The notes under the pieces: generated by a model
The model's input: the letters and a program-made list of their open reading frames with translations, nothing else
What the model was told of the DNA's origin: nothing
Database searches by the model: none
In this document: positions 1-11,900 of the stretch, in pieces
Position numbering within the stretch: position 1 is the first letter of the stretch
Layout: the number at the start of each line of letters is the position of its first letter
Assembly: GCA_964057225.1 (NCBI GenBank)
Contig: OZ059894.1
Span: 24,118,001-24,182,000, forward strand
Length of the DNA stretch: 64,000 bases
Direction: 5' to 3'
Origin: Auanema rhodensis
Lineage: Eukaryota; Animalia; Nematoda
Made by a program: the position numbers and the translations under genes

Positions 1-40
1 ACATGGGGAATCTAATTTTGAAAACCGCATCTCTTTATCG

Positions 41-113
41 TTCACGTGAAGCGAGTTACATACCAAGTGCACATCACGTGTACATTTAATTAGCATAAAT
101 TAAAGTTCACGTA
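41..113. other. Per-monomer motif cluster (first copy shown): TTCACGTGAA palindrome 41-50, ATCACGTG 73-80, TTCACGTA 106-113 (E-box/G-box-like cores)
   Basis: Read directly from the monomer; TCACGT starts at 42, 74 and 107. Protein binding is not demonstrated. Confidence 0.85.
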
Positions 114-121
114 AATTTCAA
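100..121. repeat. Per-monomer 22-bp quasi-palindrome TTAAAGTTCACGTAAATTTCAA (8 of 11 pairs complementary)
   Basis: Dyad centred on the third ACGT core, with mismatches at pair positions 3, 6 and 9. Confidence 0.85.
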
Positions 122-299
122 AGTCATGGTTACCATGCACCAATATCAATAAAAATTTGTTTTTAGACTAATATGGACATGGGGAATCTAATTTTGGAAA
201 CCGCATCTCTTTATCTTTCACGTGAAGCGAGTTACATACCAAGTGCACATCACGTGTACATTTAATTAGCATAAATTGAAGTTCACGTAAATTTCAAAG

Positions 300-314
300 T
301 CATGGTTACCATGA
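300..314. repeat. Per-monomer 15-bp interrupted palindrome TCATGGT-T-ACCATGA (13 bp in the common alternative allele)
   Basis: Direct reading. The frequent A/C polymorphism (ATGAAC vs ATGCAC) is the outermost pair. Confidence 0.9.
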
Positions 315-3169
315 ACCAATATCAATAAAAACTTGTTTTTAGACTAATATGGACATGGGGAATCTAATTTTGAAAACCGCATCTCTTTATCTTTCACGTG
401 AAGCGAGTTACATACCAAGTGCACATCACGTGTACATTTAATTAGCATAAATTAAAGTTCACGTAAATTTCAAAGTCATGGTTACCATGAACCAATATCA
501 ATAAAAATTTGTTTTTAGACTAATATGGACATGGGGAATCTAATTTTGAAAACCGCATCTCTTTATCTTTCACGTGAAGCGAGTTACATACCAAGTGCAC
601 ATCACGTGTACATTTAATTAGCATAAATTAAAGTTCACGTAAATTTCAAAGTCATGGTTACCATGCACCAATATCAATAAAAATTTGTTTTTAGACTAAT
701 ATGGACATGGGGAATCTAATTTTGAAAACCGCATCTCTTTATCTTTCACGTGAAGCGAGTTACATACCAAGTGCACATCACGTGTACATTTAATTAGCAT
801 AAATTAAAGTTCACGTAAATTTCAAAGTCATGGTTACCATGAACCAATATCAATAAAAATTTGTTTTTAGACTAATATGGACATGGGGAATCTAATTTTG
901 AAAACCGCATCTCTTTATCTTTCACGTGAAGCGAGTTACATACCAAGTGCACATCACGTGTACATTTAATTAGCATAAATTAAAGTTCACGTAAATTTCA
1001 AAGTCATGGTTACCATGCACCAATATCAATAAAAATTTGTTTTTAGACTAATATGGACATGGGGAATCTAATTTTGAAAACCGCATCTCTTTATCTTTCA
1101 CGTGAAGCGAGTTACATACCAAGTGCACATCACGTGTACATTTAATTAGCATAAATTAAAGTTCACGTAAATTTCAAAGTCATGGTTACCATGAACCAAT
1201 ATCAATAAAAATTTGTTTTTAGACTAATATGGACATGGGGAATCTAATTTTGAAAACCGCATCTCTTTATCGTTCACGTGAAGCGAGTTACATACCAAGT
1301 GCACATCACGTGTACATTTAATTAGCATAAATTAAAGTTCACGTAAATTTCAAAGTCATGGTTACCATGCACCAATATCAATAAAAATTTGTTTTTAGAC
1401 TAATATGGACATGGGGAATCTAATTTTGGAAACCGCATCTCTTTATCTTTCACGTGAAGCGAGTTACATACCAAGTGCACATCACGTTTACATTTAATTA
1501 GCATAAATTGAAGTTCACGTAAATTTCAAAGTCATGGTTACCATGAACCAATATCAATAAAAATTTATTTTTAGACTAATATGGACATGGGGAATCTAAT
1601 TTTGAAAACCGCATCTCTTTATCTTTCACGTGAAGCGAGTTACATACCAAGTGCACATCACGTGTACATTTAATTAGCATAAATTAAAGTTCACGTAAAT
1701 TTCAAAGTCATGGTTACCATGAACCAATATCAATAAAAATTTGTTTTTAGACTAATATGGACATGGGGAATCTAATTTTGAAAACCGCATCTCTTTATCT
1801 TTCACGTGAAGCGAGTTACATACCAAGTGCACATCACGTGTACATTTAATTAGCATAAATTAAAGTTCACGTAAATTTCAAAGTCATGGTTACCATGCAC
1901 CAATATCAATAAAAATTTGTTTTTAGACTAATATGGACATGGGGAATCTAATTTTGAAAACCGCATCTCTTTATCTTTCACGTGAAGCGAGTTACATACC
2001 AAGTGCACATCACGTGTACATTTAATTAGCATAAATTAAAGTTCACGTAAATTTCAAAGTCATGGTTACCATGAACCAATATCAATAAAAATTTGTTTTT
2101 AGACTAATATGGACATGGGGAATCTAATTTTGAAAACCGCATCTCTTTATCTTTCACGTGAAGCGAGTTACATACCAAGTGCACATCACGTGTACATTTA
2201 ATTAGCATAAATTGAAGTTCACGTAAATTTCAAAGTCATGGTTACCATGAACCAATATCAATAAAAATTTGTTTTTAGACTAATATGGACATGGGGAATC
2301 TAATTTTGAAAACCGCATCTCTTTATCTTTCACGTGAAGCGAGTTACATACCAAGTGCACATCACGTGTACATTTAATTAGCATAAATTGAAGTTCACGT
2401 AAATTTCAAAGTCATGGTTACCATGAACCAATATCAATAAAAATTTGTTTTTAGACTAATATGGACATGGGGAATCTAATTTTGAAAACCGCATCTCTTT
2501 ATCTTTCACGTGAAGCGAGTTACATACCAAGTGCACATCACGTGTACATTTAATTAGCATAAATTGAAGTTCACGTAAATTTCAAAGTCATGGTTACCAT
2601 GAACCAATATCAATAAAAATTTGTTTTTAGACTAATATGGACATGGGGAATCTAATTTTGAAAACCGCATCTCTTTATCTTTCACGTGAAGCGAGTTACA
2701 TACCAAGTGCACATCACGTGTACATTTAATTAGCATAAATTAAAGTTCACGTAAATTTCAAAGTCATGGTTACCATGCACCAATATCAATAAAAATTTGT
2801 TTTTAGACTAATATGGACATGGGGAATCTAATTTTGAAAACCGCATCTCTTTATCTTTCACGTGAAGCGAGTTACATACCAAGTGCACATCACGTGTACA
2901 TTTAATTAGCATAAATTAAAGTTCACGTAAATTTCAAAGTCATGGTTACCATGAACCAATATCAATAAAAATTTGTTTTTAGACTAATATGGACATGGGG
3001 AATCTAATTTTGAAAACCGCATCTCTTTATCTTTCACGTGAAGCGAGTTACATACCAAGTGCACATCACGTGTACATTTAATTAGCATAAATTGAAGTTC
3101 ACGTAAATTTCAAAGTCATGGTTACCATGAACCAATATCAATAAAAATTTGTTTTTAGACTAATATGGA

Positions 3170-5280
3170 CATGGGGAATCTAATTTTGAAAACCGCATCT
3201 CTTTATCTTTCACGTGAAGCGAGTTACATACCAAGTGCACATCACGTGTACATTTAATTAGCATAAATTAAAGTTCACGTAAATTTCAAAGTCATAGTTA
3301 CCATGAACCAATATCAATAAAAATTTGTTTTTAGACTAATATGGACATAGGGAATCTAATTTTGAAAACCGCATCTCTTCATCTTTCACGTGAAGCGAGT
3401 TACATACCAAGTGCACATCACGTGTACATTTAATTAGCATAAATTGAAGTTCACGTAAATTTCAAAGTCATGGTTACCATGAACCAATATCAATAAAAAT
3501 TTGTTTTTAGACTAATATGGACATGGGGAATCTAATTTTGAAAACCGCATCTCTTTATCTTTCACGTGAAGCGAGTTACATACCAAGTGCACATCACGTG
3601 TACATTTAATTAGCATAAATTAAAGTTCACGTAAATTTCAAAGTCATGGTTACCATGCACCAATATCAATAAAAATTTGTTTTTAGACTAATATGGACAT
3701 GGGGAATCTAATTTTGAAAACCGCATCTCTCTATCTTTCACGTGAAGCGAGTTACATACCAAGTGCACATCACGTGTACATTTAATTAGCATAAATTAAA
3801 GTTCACGTAAATTTCAAAGTCATGGTTACCATGAACCAATATCAATAAAAATTTGTTTTTAGACTAATATGGACATGGGGAATCTAATTTTGAAAACCGC
3901 ATCTCTTTATCTTTCACGTGAAGCGAGTTACATACCAAGTGCACATCACGTGTACATTTAATTAGCATAAATTAAAGTTCACGTAAATTTCAAAGTCATG
4001 GTTACCATGAACCAATATCAATAAAAATTTGTTTTTAGACTAATATGGACATGGGAAATTTAATTTTGAAAACCGCATCTCTTTATCTTTCACGTGAAGC
4101 GAGTTACATACCAAGTGCACATCACGTGTACATTTAATTAGCATAAATTGAAGTTCACGTAAATTTCAAAGTCATGGTTACCATGAACCAATATCAATAA
4201 AAATTTGTTTTTAGACTAATATGGACATGGGGAATCTAATTTTGAAAACCGCATCTCTTTATCTTTCACGTGAAGCGAGTTACATACCAAGTGCACATCA
4301 CGTGTACATTTAATTAGCATAAATTAAAGTTCACGTAAATTTCAAAGTCATAGTTACCATGAACCAATATCAATAAAAATTTGTTTTTAGACTAATATGG
4401 ACATAGGGAATCTAATTTTGAAAACCGCATCTCTTCATCTTTCACGTGAAGCGAGTTACATACCAAGTGCACATCACGTGTACATTTAATTAGCATAAAT
4501 TAAAGTTCACGTAAATTTCAAAGTCATGGTTACCATGAACCAATATCAATAAAAATTTGTTTTTAGACTAATATGGACATGGGGAATCTAATTTTGAAAA
4601 CCGCATCTCTTTATCTTTCACGTGAAGCGAGTTACATACCAAGTGCACATCACGTGTACATTTAATTAGCATAAATTAAAGTTCACGTAAATTTCAAAGT
4701 CATGGTTACCATGCACCAATATCAATAAAAATTTGTTTTTAGACTAATATGGACATGGGGAATCTAATTTTGAAAACCGCATCTCTCTATCTTTCACGTG
4801 AAGCGAGTTACATACCAAGTGCACATCACGTGTACATTTAATTAGCATAAATTAAAGTTCACGTAAATTTCAAAGTCATGGTTACCATGAACCAATATCA
4901 ATAAAAATTTGTTTTTAGACTAATATGGACATGGGGAATCTAATTTTGAAAACCGCATCTCTTTATCTTTCACGTGAAGCGAGTTACATACCAAGTGCAC
5001 ATCACGTGTACATTTAATTAGCATAAATTAAAGTTCACGTAAATTTCAAAGTCATGGTTACCATGAACCAATATCAATAAAAATTTGTTTTTAGACTAAT
5101 ATGGACATGGGAAATTTAATTTTGAAAACCGCATCTCTTTATCTTTTACGTGAAGCGAGTTACATACCGAGTGCACATCACGTGTACATTTAATTAGCAT
5201 AAATTAAAGTTCACGTAAATTTCAAAGTCATGGTTACCATGCACCAATATCAATAAAAATTTGTTTTTAGACTAATATGG
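3170..5280 (+). repeat. 6-monomer (1056 bp) higher-order duplication
   Basis: GTCATAG at 3296/4352, CTCTCTAT at 3731/4787, GGGAAATTT at 4056/5112; all offsets 1056. The GTCATAG marker recurs at 5760 (+8 monomers). Confidence 0.85.
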
Positions 5281-5847
5281 ACATGGGGAATCTAATTTTG
5301 AAAACCGCATCTCTTTATCTTTCACGTGAAGCGAGTTACATACCAAGTGCACATCACGTGTACATTTAATTAGCATAAATTGAAGTTCACGTAAATTTCA
5401 AAGTCATGGTTACCATGAACCAATATCAATAAAAATTTGTTTTTAGACTAATATGGACATGGGGAATCTAATTTTGAAAACCGCATCTCTTTATCTTTCA
5501 CGTGAAGCGAGTTACATACCAAGTGCACATCACGTGTACATTTAATTAGCATAAATTGAAGTTCACGTAAATTTCAAAGTCATGGTTACCATGAACCAAT
5601 ATCAATAAAAATTTGTTTTTAGACTAATATGGACATGGGGAATCTAATTTTGAAAACCGCATCTCTTTATCTTTCACGTGAAGCGAGTTACATACCAAGT
5701 GCACATCACGTGTACATTTAATTAGCATAAATTAAAGTTCACGTAAATTTCAAAGTCATAGTTACCATGAACCAATATCAATAAAAATTTGTTTTTAGAC
5801 TAATATGGACATAGGGAATCTAATTTTGAAAACCGCATCTCTTCATC

Positions 5848-5868
5848 TTTCACGTGAAATTAAATTTC
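5848..5868. other. Inversion (strand-switch) junction within the satellite
   Basis: Junction reads TTTCACGTGAAATTAAATTTC. AA at 5857-5858 belongs to both orientations (2-bp microhomology), and no foreign sequence is inserted. Confidence 0.96.
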
Positions 5869-5999
5869 CCATGTCCATATTAGTCTAAAAACAAATTTTT
5901 ATTGATATTGGTGCATGGTAACCATGACTTTGAAATTTACGTGAACTTTAATTTATGCTAATTAAATGTACACGTGATGTGCACTTGGTATGTAACTCG

Positions 6000-8900
6000 C
6001 TTCACGTGAAAGATAAAGAGATGCGGTTTTCAAAATTAGATTCCCCATGTCCATATTAGTCTAAAAACAAATTTTTATTGATATTGGTTCATGGTAACCA
6101 TGACTTTGAAATTTACGTGAACTTTAATTTATGCTAATTAAATGTACACGTGATGTGCACTTGGTATGTAACTCGCTTCACGTGAAAGATAAAGAGATGC
6201 GGTTTTCAAAATTAGATTCCCCCTGTCCATATTAGTCTAAAAACAAATTTTTATTGATATTGGTTCATGGTAACCATGACTTTGAAATTTACGTGAACTT
6301 TAATTTATGCTAATTAAATGTACACGTGATGTGCACTTGGTATGTAACTCGCTTCACGTGAAAGATAAAGAGATGCGGTTTTCAAAATTAGATTCCTCAT
6401 GTCCATATTAGTCTAAAAACAAATTTTTATTGATATTGGTTCATGGTAACCATGACTTTGAAATTTACGTGAACTTCAATTTATGCTAATTAAATGTACA
6501 CGTGATGTGCACTTGGTATGTAACTCGCTTCACGTGAAAGATGAAGAGATGCGGTTTTCAAAATTAGATTTCCTATGTCCATATTAGTCTAAAAACAAAT
6601 TTTTATTGATATTGGTTCATGGTAACCATGACTTTGAAATTTACGTGAACTTTAATTTATGCTAATTAAATGTACACGTGATGTGCACTTGGTATGTAAC
6701 TCGCTTCACGTGAAAGATAAAGAGATGCGGTTTTCAAAATTAGATTCCCCATGTCCATATTAGTCTAAAAACAAATTTTTATTGATATTGGTTCATGGTA
6801 ACCATGACTTTGAAATTTACGTGAACTTCAATTTATGCTAATTAAATGTACACGTGATGTGCACTTGGTATGTAACTCGCTTCACGTGAAAGATGAAGAG
6901 ATGCGGTTTTCAAAATTAGATTCCCTATGTCCATATTAGTCTAAAAACAAATTTTTATTGATATTGGTTCATGGTAACCATGACTTTGAAATTTACGTGA
7001 ACTTTAATTTATGCTAATTAAATGTACACGTGATGGGCACTTGGTATGTAACTCGCTTCACGTGAAAGATAAAGAGATGCGGTTTTCAAAATTAGATTCC
7101 CCATGTCCATATTAGTCTAAAAACAAATTTTTATTGATATTGGTGCATGGTAACCATGACTTTGAAATTTACGTGAACTTTAATTTATGCTAATTAAATG
7201 TACACGTGATGGGCACTTGGTATGTAACTCGCTTCACGTGAAAGATAAAGAGATGCGGTTTTCAAAATTAGATTCCCCATGTCCATATTAGTCTAAAAAC
7301 AAATTTTTATTGATATTGGTGCATGGTAACCATGACTTTGAAATTTACGTGAACTTTAATTTATGCTAATTAAATGTACACGTGATGTGCACTTGGTATG
7401 TAACTCGCTTCACGTGAAAGATAAAGAGATGCGGTTTTCAAAATTAGATTCCCCATGTCCATATTAGTCTAAAAACAAATTTTTATCGATATTGGTTCAT
7501 GGTAACCATGACTTTGAAATTTACGTGAACTTTAATTTATGCTAATTAAATGTACACGTGATGTGCACTTGGTATGTAACTCGCTTCACGTGAAAGATGA
7601 AGAGATGCGGTTTTCAAAATTAGATTCCCCATGTCCATATTAGTCTAAAAACAAATTTTTATTGATATTGGTTCATGGTAACCATGACTTTGAAATTTAC
7701 GTGAACTTTAATTTATGCTAATTAAATGTACACGTGATGTGCACTTGGTATGTAACTCGCTTCACGTGAAAGATAAAGAGATGCGGTTTTCAAAATTAGA
7801 TTCCCCATGTCCATATTAGTCTAAAAACAAATTTTTATTGATATTGGTGCATGGTAACCATGACTTTGAAATTTACGTGAACTTTAATTTATGCTAATTA
7901 AATGTACACGTGATGTGCCCTCGGTATGTAACTCGCTTCACGTGAAAGATAAAGAGATGCGGTTTTCAAAATTAGATTCCCCATGTCCATATTAGTTTAA
8001 AAACAAATTTTTATTGATATTGGTGCATGGTAACCATGACTTTGAAATTTACGTGAACTTTAATTTATGCTAATTAAATGTACACGTGATGTGCACTTGG
8101 TATGTAACTCGCTTCACGTGAAAGATAAAGAGATGCGGTTTTCAAAATTAGATTCCCCATGTCCATATTAGTCTAAAAACAAATTTTTATTGATATTGGT
8201 TCATGGTAACCATGACTTTGAAATTTACGTGAACTTTAATTTATGCTAATTAAATGTACACGTGATGTGCACTTGGTATGTAACTCGCTTCACGTGAAAG
8301 ATAAAGAGATGCGGTTTTCAAAATTAGATTCCCCATGTCCATATTAGTCTAAAAACAAATTTTTATTGATATTGGTTCATGGTAACCATGACTTTGAAAT
8401 TTACGTGAACTTCAATTTATGCTAATTAAATGTACACGTGATGTGCACTTGGTATGTAACTCGCTTCACGTGAAAGATGAAGAGATGCGGTTTTCAAAAT
8501 TAGATTCCCTATGTCCATATTAGTCTAAAAACAAATTTTTATTGATATTGGTTCATGGTAACCATGACTTTGAAATTTACGTGAACTTTAATTTATGCTA
8601 ATTAAATGTACACGTGATGGGCACTTGGTATGTAACTCGCTTCACGTGAGAGATAAAGAGATGCGGTTTTCAAAATTAGATTCCCCATGTCCATATTAGT
8701 CTAAAAACAAATTTTTATTGATATTGGTGCATGGTAACCATGACTTTGAAATTTACGTGAACTTTAATTTATGCTAATTAAATGTACACGTGATGTGCAC
8801 TTGGTATGTAACTCGCTTCACGTGAAAGATAAAGAGATGCGGTTTTCAAAATTAGATTCCCCATGTCCATATTAGTCTAAAAACAAATTTTTATTGATAT

Positions 8901-11900
8901 TGGTTCATGGTAACCATGACTTTGAAATTTACGTGAACTTTAATTTATGCTAATTAAATGTACACGTGATGTGCACTTGGTATGTAACTCGCTTCACGTG
9001 AAAGATAAAGAGATGCGGTTTTCAAAATTAGATTCCCCATGTCCATATTAGTCTAAAAACAAATTTTTATTGATATTGGTTCATGGTAACCATGACTTTG
9101 AAATTTACGTGAACTTTAATTTATGCTAATTAAATGTACACGTGATGTGCACTTGGTATGTAACTCGCTTCACGTGAAAGATAAAGAGATGCGGTTTTCA
9201 AAATTAGATTCCCCATGTCCATATTAGTCTAAAAACAAATTTTTATTGATATTGGTGCATGGTAACCATGACTTTGAAATTTACGTGAACTTTAATTTAT
9301 GCTAATTAAATGTACACGTGATGTGCCCTCGGTATGTAACTCGCTTCACGTGAAAGATAAAGAGATGCGGTTTTCAAAATTAGATTCCCCATGTCCATAT
9401 TAGTCTAAAAACAAATTTTTATTGATATTGGTTCATGGTAACCATGACTTTGAAATTTACGTGAACTTTAATTTATGCTAATTAAATGTACACGTGATGG
9501 GCACTTGGTATGTAACTCGCTTCACGTGAAAGATGAAGAGATGCGGTTTTCAAAATTAGATTCCCCATGTCCATATTAGTCTAAAAACAAATTTTTATTG
9601 ATATTGGTTCATGGTAACCATGACTTTGAAATTTACGTGAACTTCAATTTATGCTAATTAAATGTACACGTGATGTGCACTTGGTATGTAACTCGCTTCA
9701 CGTGAAAGATAAAGAGATGCGGTTTTCAAAATTAGATTCCCCATGTCCATATTAGTCTAAAAACAAATTTTTATTGATATTGGTTCATGGTAACCATGAC
9801 TTTGAAATTTACGTGAACTTTAATTTATGCTAATTAAATGTACACGTGATGTGCACTTGGTATGTAACTCGCTTCACGTGAAAGATAAAGAGATGCGGTT
9901 TTCAAAATTAGATTCCCCATGTCCATATTAGTCTAAAAACAAATTTTTATTGATATTGGTTCATGGTAACCATGACTTTGAAATTTACGTGAACTTTAAT
10001 TTATGCTAATTAAATGTACACGTGATGTGCACTTGGTATGTAACTCGCTTCACGTGAAAGATAAAGAGATGCGGTTTTCAAAATTAGATTCCCCATGTCC
10101 ATATTAGTCTAAAAACAAATTTTTATTGATATTGGTGCATGGTAACCATGACTTTGAAATTTACGTGAACTTTAATTTATGCTAATTAAATGTACACGTG
10201 ATGTGCACTTGGTATGTAACTCGCTTCACGTGAAAGATAAAGAGATGCGGTTTTCAAAATTAGATTCCCCATGTCCATATTAGTCTAAAAACAAATTTTT
10301 ATTGATATTGGTTCATGGTAACCATGACTTTGAAATTTACGTGAACTTTAATTTATGCTAATTAAATGTACACGTGATGTGCACTTGGTATGTAACTCGC
10401 TTCACGTGAAAGATAAAGAGATGCGGTTTTCAAAATTAGATTCCCCATGTCCATATTAGTCTAAAAACAAATTTTTATTGATATTGGTGCATGGTAACCA
10501 TGACTTTGAAATTTACGTGAACTTTAATTTATGCTAATTAAATGTACACGTGATGTGCCCTCGGTATGTAACTCGCTTCACGTGAAAGATAAAGAGATGC
10601 GGTTTTCAAAATTAGATTCCCCATGTCCATATTAGTCTAAAAACAAATTTTTATTGATATTGGTTCATGGTAACCATGACTTTGAAATTTACGTGAACTT
10701 TAATTTATGCTAATTAAATGTACACGTGATGGGCACTTGGTATGTAACTCGCTTCACGTGAAAGATGAAGAGATGCGGTTTTCAAAATTAGATTCCCCAT
10801 GTCCATATTAGTCTAAAAACAAATTTTTATTGATATTGGTTCATGGTAACCATGACTTTGAAATTTACGTGAACTTCAATTTATGCTAATTAAATGTACA
10901 CGTGATGTGCACTTGGTATGTAACTCGCTTCACGTGAAAGATGAAGAGATGCGGTTTTCAAAATTAGATTCCCTATGTCCATATTAATCTAAAAACAAAT
11001 TTTTATTGATATTGGTTCATGGTAACCATGACTTTGAAATTTACGTGAACTTTAATTTATGCTAATTAAATGTACACGTGATGTGCACTTGGTATGTAAC
11101 TCGCTTCACGTGAAAGATAAAGAGATGCGGTTTTCAAAATTAGATTCCCCATGTCCATATTAGTCTAAAAACAAATTTTTATTGATATTGGTTCATGGTA
11201 ACCATGACTTTGAAATTTACGTGAACTTTAATTTATGCTAATTAAATGTACACGTGATGTGCACTTGGTATGTAACTCGCTTCACGTGAAAGATAAAGAG
11301 ATGCGGTTTTCAAAATTAGATTCCCCCTGTCCATATTAGTCTAAAAACAAATTTTTATTGATATTGGTTCATGGTAACCATGACTTTGAAATTTACGTGA
11401 ACTTTAATTTATGCTAATTAAATGTACACGTGATGTGCACTTGGTATGTAACTCGCTTCACGTGAAAGATAAAGAGATGCGGTTTTCAAAATTAGATTCC
11501 TCATGTCCATATTTGTCTAAAAACAAATTTTTATTGATATTGGTTCATGGTAACCATGACTTTGAAATTTACGTGAACTTCAATTTATGCTAATTAAATG
11601 TACACGTGATGTGCACTTGGTATGTAACTCGCTTCACGTGAAAGATGAAGAGATGCGGTTTTCAAAATTAGATTTCCTATGTCCATATTAGTCTAAAAAC
11701 AAATTTTTATTGATATTGGTTCATGGTAACCATGACTTTGAAATTTACGTGAACTTTAATTTATGCTAATTAAATGTACACGTGATGTGCACTTGGTATG
11801 TAACTCGCTTCACGTGAAAGATAAAGAGATGCGGTTTTCAAAATTAGATTCCCCATGTCCATATTAGTCTAAAAACAAATTTTTATTGATATTGGTTCAT

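Larger units (their letters stand above)
1..2460 (+). repeat. 7-monomer (1232 bp) higher-order duplication
   Basis: TATCGTTC variant at 40 and 1272; TTTGGAAA variant at 197 and 1429; both offsets are 1232. Right boundary approximate. Confidence 0.75.
1..5858 (+). repeat. Satellite block A, ~33.3 monomers (orientation defined here as +)
   Basis: Unbroken 176-bp phase from 1 to ...CTTCATCTTTCACGTGAA (5858); the expected continuation GCGAG is absent. Confidence 0.98.

Noticed and set aside
1-176. Identity with known ~176-bp satellites (Brassica CentBr, honeybee AluI) or alpha satellite/CEN178
   Set aside because: Only the length matches. The consensus lacks AAGCTT and AGCT sites and I see no resemblance to those sequences as I recall them. 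A database search is needed.
1-176. CENP-B box
   Set aside because: No TTCG-N4-A-N2-CGGG pattern on either strand of the consensus.
1-176. Tandem 5S rRNA, tRNA, snRNA or spliced-leader gene array
   Set aside because: No recognisable Pol III boxes, cloverleaf or conserved RNA sequence, and variants are spread over the unit without a gene/spacer partition.
5821-5880. Fold-back read artefact or transposon terminal inverted repeats at the junction
   Set aside because: The arms differ in mirrored SNP haplotypes, and there is no inserted element or TSD. An assembly mis-join still cannot be excluded without reads.
11411-11593. 60-aa ORF MLIKCTRDV...
   Set aside because: It is a translation of about one satellite monomer, open only because the A>T change at 11514 removes a TAG present in the other copies. 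No recognisable domain, and 176 is not a multiple of 3.
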